IMG/VR virus record: IMGVR_UViG_3300010413_000017
Span: 1 to 64,000 of that record
Direction: 5' to 3' (one strand)
DNA: 64,000 bases
DNA from: a virus
Every line of letters begins with the position of its first letter. The first letter of the stretch is position 1. Both the position numbers and the translations under genes were made by a program. The notes below the pieces were generated by a model that saw only the letters and a program-made list of their open reading frames with translations, did not search any database and was not told the origin of the DNA. Of this stretch, positions 20,501-29,405 are shown in pieces.

Positions 20501-21355
20501 AAAGACCTATCTGGAAATGTGTCTGTTAATGCAACCGTTGTTCGGAATGTTAGAATTTTAGAATACTACATGCCCACATCTCAAGACTATATAGGTGATT
20601 ACGATAACGGTACGCAGTTTTCAATCTCTGGTTCATCTTTTTCATTGGCTGAAAGTTATGCAACTGTAACTAACATGCACTTTGACTATGCTAGAAATAG
20701 ATACAGACCAGTATCTAAGAACACAGCTAACTTCATTGATTCTATGTATCCTCTTAGTTATTATTGTTGGAATCCAGCTACCCCAATGGAAATTGGAATG
20801 TATAGCAACCAAGCTAATTTCACTACCTGTAGAGTTTGGGTAAGTGCCGAAGGCGGCGTGCCTGAAGTGTCGTGGTATAAGGATTATGGCGCGGGTGTAT
20901 GGAATCCAACATATTATACTAAAGTTTGGGAGGTTGGTGGGGCAGAAACAGACTGGGACGAGCAACAAATGGGTGTGTACGGGACAAGTGAAGTTGGGTG
21001 GTATAATTGGAAAACTAAAATGAAGTTAGCTGACCCTCTAGATGAAGATGGAGAAGGATGCGTCTATGTGCAGAATTATACCCAATCAGCCGATATACCT
21101 ATGGAAGCTATTAATGATATAGCAACAATTGCAGTGGGTGGGAGTTATATACATTTCTACAAGTATATTGGAAACTTCCCCAGAGTTACAGCTACAATAA
21201 GTTCTGGGGATGGTTACTCTGTCAAACTAAGTGACATTACGAGTGAAGGCTTTGCTTGCACAATCTATGACGAGGACGGTATTGATGTAGGTGGGTCAGT
21301 CCACTGGAAGGCAACTACTGGGCTGGGGATTGTTGCACCTGGAGGTTATACATAA
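17492..21355 (+). CDS. Tail tip attachment/central fibre protein (gpI+gpJ-like fusion with FN3 domains)
   Basis: N-terminal ubiquitin-like gpI region, GARN.A.PYG.VPRVYG, KNPA, FTPRNSWDF and PP.DVTGF FN3 motifs; ATG 17492 has an RBS. Confidence 0.9.
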   Translation: MPDLAEKNLIQVVACPNPFTLDRMEFCEEARLSLQEILEQVQPKAHLRRRARIAVNGEPIDPDDWPFFFPAPGSYIDIRVVPKAPIAAIFIGIAAIAAQAGIAGAVAAPWGMLLGALAATVISVVGYLLLGAFVKPPSLQGPGQPATESTEDTPTRYLTGARNRAVPYGVVPRVYGRIRMTPPLAAMYYTELSNVTSANAIAYKWRHSSDYWAPTPKTQTNPDEYLARSQHFQTSSGERTGEEQWLRMLVTWGLGPLEVTDIKIADTDLYEFQGVEYDFRPGYHEDNRIGLYTNDYYEESLNIALTNAGGRQYRTTADDTDEFSIDIVFNGLYSIDKQYGGKNLVNVSFNIWYRKEGTTNDVWAGALSVTCAKMGAIRRGFRFILPEPGKYTIGVERTTADSDDENVVDESYWGALRSVKYEYPVKETGVALSAVRIKASDQLSGAVDELNGIAYSIIRDWDRYSQQWVRRKTKNPASHYLHILTDEDANPDAIPDARVDFTSLQEFHEFCEDNEFDCNIVFDSRISAQSALDLVAACGRAVRAMPSGKHGVVIDKPREIIAQHFTPRNSWDFSASQAFINEVHGFRCPFTDENNNWQETEVTVYADGYSENNATKFEELKLEGITKYEQVYKLARYYLAVAEYQREIVTFKSDFEYLTCERGSRIVFSHDVMLIGLKAGRLKEVHTNPVSTYVDWLYFDDPVTVEPGSSYSVQVRLYDGESLIIPVTNPATTSTITVDNLEITTPINPAIQTEPRVGDLFSFGESGLVTQELLVLGIEPHPDLTATLTCTIYDPVVYTAADGPIPKYTPKISVPVEWNTPTVAGIYSDGSVLYWAQGSWQSRILVTFSYPPIMPGYWGIEGQIRRYGEDEGSWQSVEAPLTEGEISFKDVEDGKTYEMRFRYIKTSGFRQGMPWTDSVTHTVLGKTAPPADVTGFHVYQDHGVVVLKWSEVNEHDLKEYILKYAGAGYANWDTAGYLTTAAKGTNRTDKSLPQGIYDFFIKAKDLSGNVSVNATVVRNVRILEYYMPTSQDYIGDYDNGTQFSISGSSFSLAESYATVTNMHFDYARNRYRPVSKNTANFIDSMYPLSYYCWNPATPMEIGMYSNQANFTTCRVWVSAEGGVPEVSWYKDYGAGVWNPTYYTKVWEVGGAETDWDEQQMGVYGTSEVGWYNWKTKMKLADPLDEDGEGCVYVQNYTQSADIPMEAINDIATIAVGGSYIHFYKYIGNFPRVTATISSGDGYSVKLSDITSEGFACTIYDEDGIDVGGSVHWKATTGLGIVAPGGYT

Positions 21356-22993
21356 ATGGCTTTACATTATCCAATCTGGGCTACGCCTATGTGGATTACC
21401 ACACAAGCGACTCACACAGCTATGCTGGCGAACATGAACTGCTTACAGCCAAATATGAAGCCGTGGACTTTATTTACAGACTTGGGTGGTGCTGTTACTG
21501 TTACATATTATGGTGGTGGTGGATGTTCCCTTAGTGATAACTTTGGTTGGATAAATTGCAACGTAACTAATGGTGGTAGCACTGTTGATGATGTGAGCTT
21601 TCGCCAGTCAGCTAATCTGTTTGGCGAAGGTATAAGGATGCAAAAGGATAATACTTATCTTGTTCTTGCATACGTGAAGCCTAGCTCGGCGGCCAAACAA
21701 GTTCGTCTTGACGTCTACTCTCCTGACTTTGGACTTCATACTAGCGGCTTACTAACAGGCTGGACTCCTGCCACTTGGAGCATTGCGGCATTTTACTGTA
21801 CTCCTAGCACGTCCACCCGCAATGCGGAAGTTAGGTTTTGTATAGGCGGCAATACTGGTCAGATTGGATTAACCTTATTTTGGCTTCGTCCAGAGGTTAA
21901 TAACTACACCAAATTGGGGATTGACGACGCTTTCACCCGTCTAACAAAATTTAGTCACTTTAATGTCTACGGCAAACCGATTGGTACGACATTTCTGAAT
22001 GTTGTAAAATGTTGTGTAGCATCAGGCACTTATTTTAAAGAATCTACACGCACTATATCAACGAAATCTAGACAAGAGGTGACGTTTACTTTTGACACTG
22101 TACGGCGCGGCTGGCGTTACAACCAAGTTTATATATCGCAAGAGACAGGAGCGGCTGGATATGCAAAGGGAACAGTCTCCTTCTATCCTGTTGAACCAGA
22201 ACTGCCTGACTTACCTTCGGCTGGAGGTATTCCTTTGGCGGCAGTGCGTTGGATGTCAACTCAGTACGGTATTTCTGGTCCTGACGTCACAGATAACAGA
22301 TGTGTGTCAACTCTAGGGGAAGAAATATCGGGTACAGGTAGTACCCAAACTTTTGCTTCTTCAGGCTCGTTTACTGTCCCACACGACGGTTGGTACATTG
22401 TTCGCCTGCTTGGAGGTGGTGGAGGAGGTGGGGCAGGTAGTTCGTCTGCTACTTGTGGCGGAGGTGGTGGTGGAGGCTCGCCTCTGTACGGTTATGTTGT
22501 AGAACTCTCAGAGGGTGACATATATAATGTTTTACTTGGCCCAGGTGGTACAGGAGGTTCTGGTGCTGGTTCTAACGGTGCTGATGGAACAACGACGTCC
22601 TTTTTACGCCACTCGGGAGTAGGAGCTAATCAAGCAACTCTTTATGGGTGGGGAGGTTATGGAGGTAAAGGGGCAGGCGCGAATCCGGGCACGGGTGGGG
22701 TAGGTGATGTACTTAGTGTAGGTGGTTCTACTACTGTTTGTCGCAAACTCTTTACTTATTCCCTAGGAGAGACTGGGGAAGACGGCTTCGGTGCTTCCGG
22801 TAGTGGTTATGGAGGCGATGGCGGTAACAGTGGGGCGCGCCAAGGAAACGGAGGTTCTGGTGGGTCTCCTGGGGTTGGAGGCGCTGGCTCGAACTATGGT
22901 GCTGGCGGCGGTGCGGGTAGTGGTAGTGTTGGTTCGGGCTTAAATGGCGCAGGAGGTAGTCCCGGTTGGGCTTCAGTAGCATGGCTTTTATAG
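21356..22993 (+). CDS. Tail fibre/adhesin with Gly-rich C-terminal domain
   Basis: 'TFASSGSFTVP...GGGGGGG' followed by polyglycine repeats. Confidence 0.7.
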   Translation: MALHYPIWATPMWITTQATHTAMLANMNCLQPNMKPWTLFTDLGGAVTVTYYGGGGCSLSDNFGWINCNVTNGGSTVDDVSFRQSANLFGEGIRMQKDNTYLVLAYVKPSSAAKQVRLDVYSPDFGLHTSGLLTGWTPATWSIAAFYCTPSTSTRNAEVRFCIGGNTGQIGLTLFWLRPEVNNYTKLGIDDAFTRLTKFSHFNVYGKPIGTTFLNVVKCCVASGTYFKESTRTISTKSRQEVTFTFDTVRRGWRYNQVYISQETGAAGYAKGTVSFYPVEPELPDLPSAGGIPLAAVRWMSTQYGISGPDVTDNRCVSTLGEEISGTGSTQTFASSGSFTVPHDGWYIVRLLGGGGGGGAGSSSATCGGGGGGGSPLYGYVVELSEGDIYNVLLGPGGTGGSGAGSNGADGTTTSFLRHSGVGANQATLYGWGGYGGKGAGANPGTGGVGDVLSVGGSTTVCRKLFTYSLGETGEDGFGASGSGYGGDGGNSGARQGNGGSGGSPGVGGAGSNYGAGGGAGSGSVGSGLNGAGGSPGWASVAWLL

Positions 22994-23005
22994 GAGTTAA
23001 TATCA

Positions 23006-24076
23006 ATGGGTAATAGTGGTCTTTGGCAAATACCTGACAGGTGTATAGACGAACCAGTTATCTGCCAAGTCAAGGTAGAAAATTGTTTACAAGTCTTAGG
23101 CAATCAATATTTAAGATTTTGCGTAGAGCAGTCTTTGCCAACTGCGAGTCGAACTCTATACATAAGTGGCGGTTACATCTATAAAACAGTAGACAGAACC
23201 ATTAACTCCATAAGCGCAACATACGTAACCTTAGCGACAGGAGATGCTACCTTTGCTCGGCGTGATTTGATTCAAATGAATAACTCAGGCACTATTAGTG
23301 TTAAGCAGGGTACGCCTGCCGCCTCGCCACAGTATGCTACAGTCACTACTGGATATTTCCCTCTAGCTGGAATTTACGTACCTGCAAACGCAACAACTCT
23401 TGGGGCACAAAGAATAACTGATTTACGTTTCATAGATAGGATTGGGTTACAAAGTGAAGATTCTGGTATAACTACCTTTGCCGGTAATGGAACTTTCACC
23501 GCTGTTAAAACAGGACCACACTATATCACTATGATTGGAGGTGGTGGAGGAGGAGGAGGCGGCACAAGAGTTTCTGCGGCTACTCATTCTGGCGGCGCTG
23601 GTGGAGGTGGTGGAGGACAAGCTAGTTGGGTGTTAGACTTATCACAGGGAGTGCAATATACTATTACTATCGGTGCTGGTGGTAGCGGAGGGGGAGTAGG
23701 TGCAGACGGGAGTCCGGGTCAAGCCACAAACTTTAAACAGGGTGCTACCTCACTGGCATCGGTTCATGGTGGTGGACAAGGGCAAAGAGGTATGTGGCCT
23801 GCTAATGCTGCTGGTGGGTACGGAGGCTATGCTCAGCCGAATAGTAAAGCCTCTCATCATGCACGAGGATATACAGGAGACGGCTGTTTGGCGGGTGGAT
23901 GGACAGGCGGAGATGGTGGCAACGCAGGTGCCAGATTTGGTACTGGAGGCTCGGGTGGGACACATTACGTCGGTGGAAGCAATGGCGCGGCCTACGGCGG
24001 TGGTGGTGGTGGCGGAGGCGGAGACTGGACTTCGGGCGGAGATGGCGCGAGTGGATACGTCAGAATTATTTATTGA
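23006..24076 (+). CDS. Gly-rich tail adhesin, paralogue 2
   Basis: R.DLI...GT..VKQGT.A.SP...PLA.IYVPA.AT domain plus Gly-rich domain ending GDGASGYVRIIY. Confidence 0.7.
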   Translation: MGNSGLWQIPDRCIDEPVICQVKVENCLQVLGNQYLRFCVEQSLPTASRTLYISGGYIYKTVDRTINSISATYVTLATGDATFARRDLIQMNNSGTISVKQGTPAASPQYATVTTGYFPLAGIYVPANATTLGAQRITDLRFIDRIGLQSEDSGITTFAGNGTFTAVKTGPHYITMIGGGGGGGGGTRVSAATHSGGAGGGGGGQASWVLDLSQGVQYTITIGAGGSGGGVGADGSPGQATNFKQGATSLASVHGGGQGQRGMWPANAAGGYGGYAQPNSKASHHARGYTGDGCLAGGWTGGDGGNAGARFGTGGSGGTHYVGGSNGAAYGGGGGGGGGDWTSGGDGASGYVRIIY

Positions 24077-24087
24077 GGTAAGAAGAT

Positions 24088-25131
24088 ATGGGTGGAATTT
24101 GGCATTTACCTGACAGCACAACGCAGGATTGCTCTCTCTGGGCGATTAACATAGAAAATTGTTTAGTCACACTTGAACGCTATGGCTCGTGGCTATTAGT
24201 TCAACCTACATCACCTGTAGATATGAAAGTTAGAGTGTTACCTGGCTACATATTCAAGAGCGGAGACAGGAGCCTGACAGAAGTCAGTAGCGCTACACTT
24301 ACCATTTCTGCTGCTCATGCTACTAATCCTAGGCAGGACGTTATTGAAATTAATGCTGAAGGCACTATACAAGTTAAGAGTGGTACAGCGGCGTCACCTG
24401 CTTTGTTCCCCACTCTTACTACTGGATTTCATCCATTGGCAGTTATCTACGTTCCTGCTCAGGCTACTTTAATTCACTTAGATAACATTCTTGATTTGCG
24501 CTTGTTAGGGGGGCTAGGTTATCAGCAAGCCGCGATAGGTGTAGAAGAATTTACTGCGGTAGGTACATATGTTTTTACCGCTAAGAAAACTAGCCCACAT
24601 GTAATAACCTGTGTAGGTGGGGGCGGTGGTGGCGGAGCTGCGGGCGGTGTAAGTTACGCTACAGGAGGCGGTGGAGGAGGTGGAGGCGAAACGACTACAG
24701 CCATCATACAACTCACAGAAGGGGTAAACTATACAGTAGTTGTTGGACTAAAGGGTTTTAGTAGTAGTGGTGCCGCCTCTAACGGAAACTCATCCTCGCT
24801 GGCTTCGGGTGCAACTACTTTCATATATGCGTCAGGTGGAGTAGGTGGGAGGTCAGGATGGGAGTCGCCCAACGGCGGTGCTGGTGGCGGCCCACCTGGG
24901 ATTGACAGAGATAGACTTTCAACTAGTAATGGGGCAGATGGTGGGAACGGCACTGCCTCTGTAGGTGGAAATGGAGGTGGCTCGGGGGCTTTTGTGGGCT
25001 CAGGGGGTAGTGGCGCGTCAGGCCACGGAGACAATGCTACAGGTTATGGCGGTGGCGGCGGAGGTGGCTGTCCAGGCGGAGCCTACGGAGGCGGTAATGG
25101 TACAGACGGTTATGTGAGGATTTCATACTAA
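24088..25131 (+). CDS. Gly-rich tail adhesin, paralogue 3
   Basis: Same architecture as 23006-24076; ends GNGTDGYVRISY. Confidence 0.7.
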   Translation: MGGIWHLPDSTTQDCSLWAINIENCLVTLERYGSWLLVQPTSPVDMKVRVLPGYIFKSGDRSLTEVSSATLTISAAHATNPRQDVIEINAEGTIQVKSGTAASPALFPTLTTGFHPLAVIYVPAQATLIHLDNILDLRLLGGLGYQQAAIGVEEFTAVGTYVFTAKKTSPHVITCVGGGGGGGAAGGVSYATGGGGGGGGETTTAIIQLTEGVNYTVVVGLKGFSSSGAASNGNSSSLASGATTFIYASGGVGGRSGWESPNGGAGGGPPGIDRDRLSTSNGADGGNGTASVGGNGGGSGAFVGSGGSGASGHGDNATGYGGGGGGGCPGGAYGGGNGTDGYVRISY

Positions 25132-25559
25132 TGCGTCAGTTTGTTAAGATTAATAAACAAGGTATTGTTGATGAAGTCATTTCCGAGTTCATCCCCGAAC
25201 AGGGTGTAGATTTTGAGTTCTTGGAAGTGTCACCTGAGCTTGCTAGCCGCATTAAGAAGAAACCCAGAAACTGGCGAGTTGAGAAAGGCAAGCTTTTTAA
25301 ACAAGAATCTGACAACCTGAGTGAGAAGCCGGAATTGAGTAAACGGCTTAAACGGGATTTTACTAATTTCGCTGTTGTGGAAGCACTAGGCCAGTTTATT
25401 TCTACTCCGGCTTTTTTGGCCTTTCGAACTCAATGGAGAGTATACATTAGGACTCTAGTCAAGGCTGTGCGTAAGGGGGAATATGACGATTTGCCTACTT
25501 CCCCACTACCTGCCGAAGAGGTGTTACTAAGAATTTCTTTAGATGAGGGATGGACATGA
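25131..25559 (+). CDS. Hypothetical protein, possible fibre assembly chaperone
   Basis: Coupled to the adhesin genes; C-terminal 'WRVYIRTL...DLPTSP' resembles the W..Y...L...P..P ending of fibre chaperones. Confidence 0.4.
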   Translation: MRQFVKINKQGIVDEVISEFIPEQGVDFEFLEVSPELASRIKKKPRNWRVEKGKLFKQESDNLSEKPELSKRLKRDFTNFAVVEALGQFISTPAFLAFRTQWRVYIRTLVKAVRKGEYDDLPTSPLPAEEVLLRISLDEGWT

Positions 25560-25562
25560 ACA

Positions 25563-25931
25563 ATGATGAATCTTGGCGAAAAAGAATTTGTAGCGGGTTG
25601 GACATTCGACGGCTGGGTAACTGCCGAGGAGCTAACAAAGGTCCTCCTTGATACAGTAGTATATGTCGAAATGACTGTTTTTGATGACCCTGTGGTACGA
25701 GACTTCCCCACATCCGATGGCAAGGGAGGTGAAGGGTCTATGGCTTTTGTTATGTTGCACGAATCTGGAATAATGGGGAACACATACCAATACGTCAAAC
25801 ATGACAAAACAGAAAAACGTGTGAGAATCCTCTTAGCATCCTGCAAGCAGTTTATGGCTTACGATGTGGGGGTCTTTTTAAAGAATAGATTAGACCTGCC
25901 GATGATATGTCGGGGACAATTCACTTATTAA
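25563..25931 (+). CDS. Hypothetical protein
   Basis: ORF in operon order. Confidence 0.5.
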   Translation: MMNLGEKEFVAGWTFDGWVTAEELTKVLLDTVVYVEMTVFDDPVVRDFPTSDGKGGEGSMAFVMLHESGIMGNTYQYVKHDKTEKRVRILLASCKQFMAYDVGVFLKNRLDLPMICRGQFTY

Positions 25932-25941
25932 AAGGAATAAT

Positions 25942-26490
25942 ATGAGCGACTTAATAGACAGAATAAATAAAATTCCTGGGAATAAGATTATTGTTCCCAA
26001 TGGTAGTACAAAAGCAATTATTAAAGCTATTCTTGTGATGCTAATTGCTACTACTTTATTCTTTTTTGGCGTTTCCTTTTGGCCATATAAAATCTTTGAT
26101 AAAGCTATAGCAACAGCTGTCCCTGATAATGGTGCTACATTCAATCCTGGCTGTCCTATAAGGTGGTCTGTTGAATACGTCTTACCCACTGAATTACCAA
26201 CGTCGCACAGAATCCAATTAATTGTTGAATATCCAGGACCAGACTGGATAATTACATATCAATCGCATGAGGGCACTATACACGGAGCAGAGCGAGATAA
26301 AACTGGCCGAAGTGATGTTATAGAAGTTGGTACTATAACACTACCAAGAGGTAAGATTTTGGAGAATAGACGGTTTAAAATTAAGCATATCTATAAAACC
26401 CAACTGTGGTGGCGGCCAATTTTCCAAGAAGTCGAAACGCCGTGGTATTTGTCTGGTAAATTTGACATGCAGGAGGACGAATGTGAGTAA
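25942..26490 (+). CDS. Membrane-anchored hypothetical protein
   Basis: RBS AAGGA; one N-terminal TM segment. Confidence 0.55.
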   Translation: MSDLIDRINKIPGNKIIVPNGSTKAIIKAILVMLIATTLFFFGVSFWPYKIFDKAIATAVPDNGATFNPGCPIRWSVEYVLPTELPTSHRIQLIVEYPGPDWIITYQSHEGTIHGAERDKTGRSDVIEVGTITLPRGKILENRRFKIKHIYKTQLWWRPIFQEVETPWYLSGKFDMQEDECE

Positions 26491-26746
26491 TGTTGGTGTT
26501 GGTGTTGATTTAGTTGAGCATATCGGTACTCTTTTAGGCATTTTATCCGCCCTGCTAGCTGTTTCAGTATATTTGTTTTGGCGTACTTTTGTCAGTGTCG
26601 AGAACAAATGCGCAGAGGTTGAACGTATTGTTAAGGAGATGCTCATTGGTGACCATTTTGCAAAAAATAAAGATTTGGACAGAGAAATAGCAGAGTTGTG
26701 GAAAGCTGTAAATGAGGTTAGGAGAGGGGAGTGGTCGCAAAAATGA
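26483..26746 (+). CDS. Small single-TM protein (holin/antiholin-like)
   Basis: AGGAGG RBS before GTG 26483; TM helix followed by coiled coil. Confidence 0.45.
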   Translation: MSNVGVGVDLVEHIGTLLGILSALLAVSVYLFWRTFVSVENKCAEVERIVKEMLIGDHFAKNKDLDREIAELWKAVNEVRRGEWSQK

Positions 26747-26768
26747 GGTACTTAAGTGAGGTGCTTAA

Positions 26769-26930
26769 GTGCAACGACAGGCGGAAGTAATAGAGAAAAT
26801 ACTAGCATATTCCGTAGAAAGGTTGGCAAAAGAGAGAGCAAAGCTGCGGCATAGGCTTTTAGCTATTATTGCGATGAATGTGGTGGAGATAGCGCTAATT
26901 ATAGCGGTTTTATTAAAGCTCTACTTTTAA
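26769..26930 (+). CDS. Small membrane protein (53 aa, below the ORF track cutoff)
   Basis: GAGGT RBS, GTG start, C-terminal hydrophobic helix LLAIIAMNVVEIALIIAVLLKLYF. Confidence 0.4.
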   Translation: MQRQAEVIEKILAYSVERLAKERAKLRHRLLAIIAMNVVEIALIIAVLLKLYF

Positions 26931-27027
26931 AATGTTAAAGTATCTTTTCTCTTCCTGCTATCTTTAGGGCAACCACTGCCACGCTAGGTCGTTCACAAAG
27001 ATGCGAAGGAAACTAAGTGAGGTAAAT

Positions 27028-27198
27028 ATGGGTGATGTAATCGAGTTTAAAATTACAGATAAGATTTTAAGAAAACGATTAGAACATGAACGAAGAGAGA
27101 TGTTGAACAATTTGTATCATGTAACACGTGGATTTCAGTTCCCCGGACAGGACGAAGAGACAAGAACTCAGTTCGAAGAGGGGTATTTTGAGCTTTGA
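27028..27198 (+). CDS. Hypothetical protein (last + strand gene)
   Basis: GAGGT RBS before ATG 27028. Confidence 0.4.
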   Translation: MGDVIEFKITDKILRKRLEHERREMLNNLYHVTRGFQFPGQDEETRTQFEEGYFEL

Positions 27199-27294
27199 TA
27201 CGTTGTTGCTCAAAACACCCCTATCATAAATTATCTACTTGTTAAAAACTCCCGTTAGACGCCGACTCAGAAGCTCAAAATGCTAGAGTGCGGG

Positions 27295-27549
27295 TTATTC
27301 TTCGTCTGTAAGCTCGTCGAGGGGTATTCCTGTTCCATGTAAGAACCTGTCGTGCGCAAGTCCTGTAATAATTCCATACCATTCCAACGAGTCAGAAAGT
27401 CCTCCTGTCAAAATCCGCCTGTCCATGTGCCCAGCCTCTGTACGCACAGTGAAGATAACGCAAATCTCGTCGATGTCATTACTTAGAGCGTCGAGTCGAC
27501 GTAGCACCTTTTGTACAGAGTTCTTATCCAAGTGAACCACTTTTGCCAT
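27295..27549 (-). CDS. Hypothetical protein
   Basis: AGGAGG RBS; last gene of the - strand block. Confidence 0.55.
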   Translation of the reverse strand: MAKVVHLDKNSVQKVLRRLDALSNDIDEICVIFTVRTEAGHMDRRILTGGLSDSLEWYGIITGLAHDRFLHGTGIPLDELTDEE

Positions 27550-28555
27550 ACAACAAACCTCCTTTTAGTAGTGCGGTTAGAAATGGGTCACACACAAGTG
27601 TGGAACGCAGGTTGTCCAATTTCCATTCAAACGGATACTCATTCAACGTAGAAACATAAGCATCAAGGTGCTCTTTCATATCTGGGTGGGACGCAACGAA
27701 CCGGTTCAGAAGAACGAATAAGGCGTTGAGCCACGCCTCTCTGTTATAGAACTGTTCCGCGGTATATGGGTCTAGCCCTCCTCTGATGAGATAACGCAGG
27801 ACAATGCGCTTGACAATTTTCTCTGATTGTATATACTCGTCATTACAGAAATCAGACAAGGACGTTACCGGATGTAGAAACGAGTCTTGGCCGTGTAGCC
27901 TGACAAGTGTACTATACTTTGTTTGTTTGAGCGCATCTCGGATTCTGCCACTCGAGACAGATATGCATGAAGGGAGTACTTCTGTTGCTAGCCATCTGTT
28001 GGGTATCATATTAGCATATTTGAACATCTGCCGCCAAGTTCCTACCCTATGGACGTAGTGGATGGTACATACTCTAGAGCGGAGATATGACAGCAGACGT
28101 TCTGTTACATAATGCGATTCTACTTCCAGACAACGAGTACTGAATATCCCAACGTTGTCTCCACACTGTAGGCGAGTTCCTCTTGTCCCCCCTGCCGCTA
28201 CGTATGACGGATTTTTATCTAGTACGTTTACACACTCGATGATTCCGCCTTTTATAGCTCTGTCACCATCGCAACAATACATAACATACGGAGTTCTAAT
28301 GGACTTGTTGACGTTCTTGATGGCTTCCCCTTCGTGTGCGGCTGTTGGACAACATTCTAACTTGAGGTTTAAGTTAGAGTGCTGGAAGTCCTCTACAACA
28401 TTACGTGTGGCTCTAATACTTCTGCCTGTACTTAGGTCTGCTATGATGATAAGCCCAGCAAAGCGTTTTTGGTTGTAATATTGAAGGGCTGTTCTAAGTT
28501 TTGGGGAACCGTTCTTCGTTGTAATAATGAGTGTTATTTTCTTGTCTGCGCTCAT
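27524..28555 (-). CDS. GT-A (GT2-like, TIGR04440-type) glycosyltransferase, copy 1
   Basis: ITLIITTKN, IIIADLS, TPYVMYCCDGD and NPSYVAAGG motifs; paralogous to 30821 and 57109. Confidence 0.75.
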   Translation of the reverse strand: MSADKKITLIITTKNGSPKLRTALQYYNQKRFAGLIIIADLSTGRSIRATRNVVEDFQHSNLNLKLECCPTAAHEGEAIKNVNKSIRTPYVMYCCDGDRAIKGGIIECVNVLDKNPSYVAAGGTRGTRLQCGDNVGIFSTRCLEVESHYVTERLLSYLRSRVCTIHYVHRVGTWRQMFKYANMIPNRWLATEVLPSCISVSSGRIRDALKQTKYSTLVRLHGQDSFLHPVTSLSDFCNDEYIQSEKIVKRIVLRYLIRGGLDPYTAEQFYNREAWLNALFVLLNRFVASHPDMKEHLDAYVSTLNEYPFEWKLDNLRSTLVCDPFLTALLKGGLLYGKSGSLG

Positions 28556-28562
28556 TCAAATC

Positions 28563-29405
28563 TCACGTTTTTGTTTGGTGTGTAACCAAACATGTTTTTA
28601 AATAAGTGGCTAACTCTCCTTTTGGACAACAGGCGTGCCAAGAAGGGTCATCACAAATATCTTCTATACCTTTGCCTTTTACTGTATGAGCAACCAGAGC
28701 AAACGGCTGACTGTAGTGCCTAGAATTAATATACTTGAATGCTTCAAGAAGTGAGGCAAAGTCATGTCCGTCGCATACGGCCGTCCTCCACCCAAAAGCG
28801 GAAAACTTTTCTTGGATGTTGTCTAGCGGTATAAAGTTGTCTGTAAAATCTGTCGCACATATTCCATTCCTGTCTATGATCGCTACTAGGTTGTTCAACC
28901 TGTGAGCGGCGGCGAAATCTGCGGCTTCCCATATTTGTCCCTCGTAGCACTCTCCATCACCTAGAAGAGCGAACACAGTATTGTTTTTTCTGTCAAGCTT
29001 TAACGCCTTGGCCATCCCACACGCATATGAGAGTCCATGCCCGAGACTTCCGGTTGTAAATTCGACTCCGGGCACGTCATGTTGCAAATGAACTCCAAAT
29101 TTCCCCCCTGCTTGACAGAACGTATCTGTCCAATTACGTGGAAAGAACGCGAGGTCGGACAGAACGGCGTAAAGAATTGGAGAGGCTTGTCCTTTACTCA
29201 ACACAAAGTAGTCACGCTTATCAGAATCTACACTAACTTCTCGCATGACTTGGTAATACAATGCCACAAGAATTTCCACGCAGGAAAACGAGCTTGTAAT
29301 ATGCCCTGTTTCTGCTTGGCAACACATATCATACGTCACTGTGCGTAAATGGTGAGCCTTTTCTGTCAAGTATTCTGTGAGCTGTTTGTGGAGTTCGTTC
29401 GTCAT
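28563..29405 (-). CDS. Transketolase N-terminal (TPP-binding) subunit
   Basis: GHITSSFS, RDYFVLSKG, TTGSLGHG, GDGE..EG..WEA TPP motif, TVKGKG. Confidence 0.9.
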   Translation of the reverse strand: MTNELHKQLTEYLTEKAHHLRTVTYDMCCQAETGHITSSFSCVEILVALYYQVMREVSVDSDKRDYFVLSKGQASPILYAVLSDLAFFPRNWTDTFCQAGGKFGVHLQHDVPGVEFTTGSLGHGLSYACGMAKALKLDRKNNTVFALLGDGECYEGQIWEAADFAAAHRLNNLVAIIDRNGICATDFTDNFIPLDNIQEKFSAFGWRTAVCDGHDFASLLEAFKYINSRHYSQPFALVAHTVKGKGIEDICDDPSWHACCPKGELATYLKTCLVTHQTKT

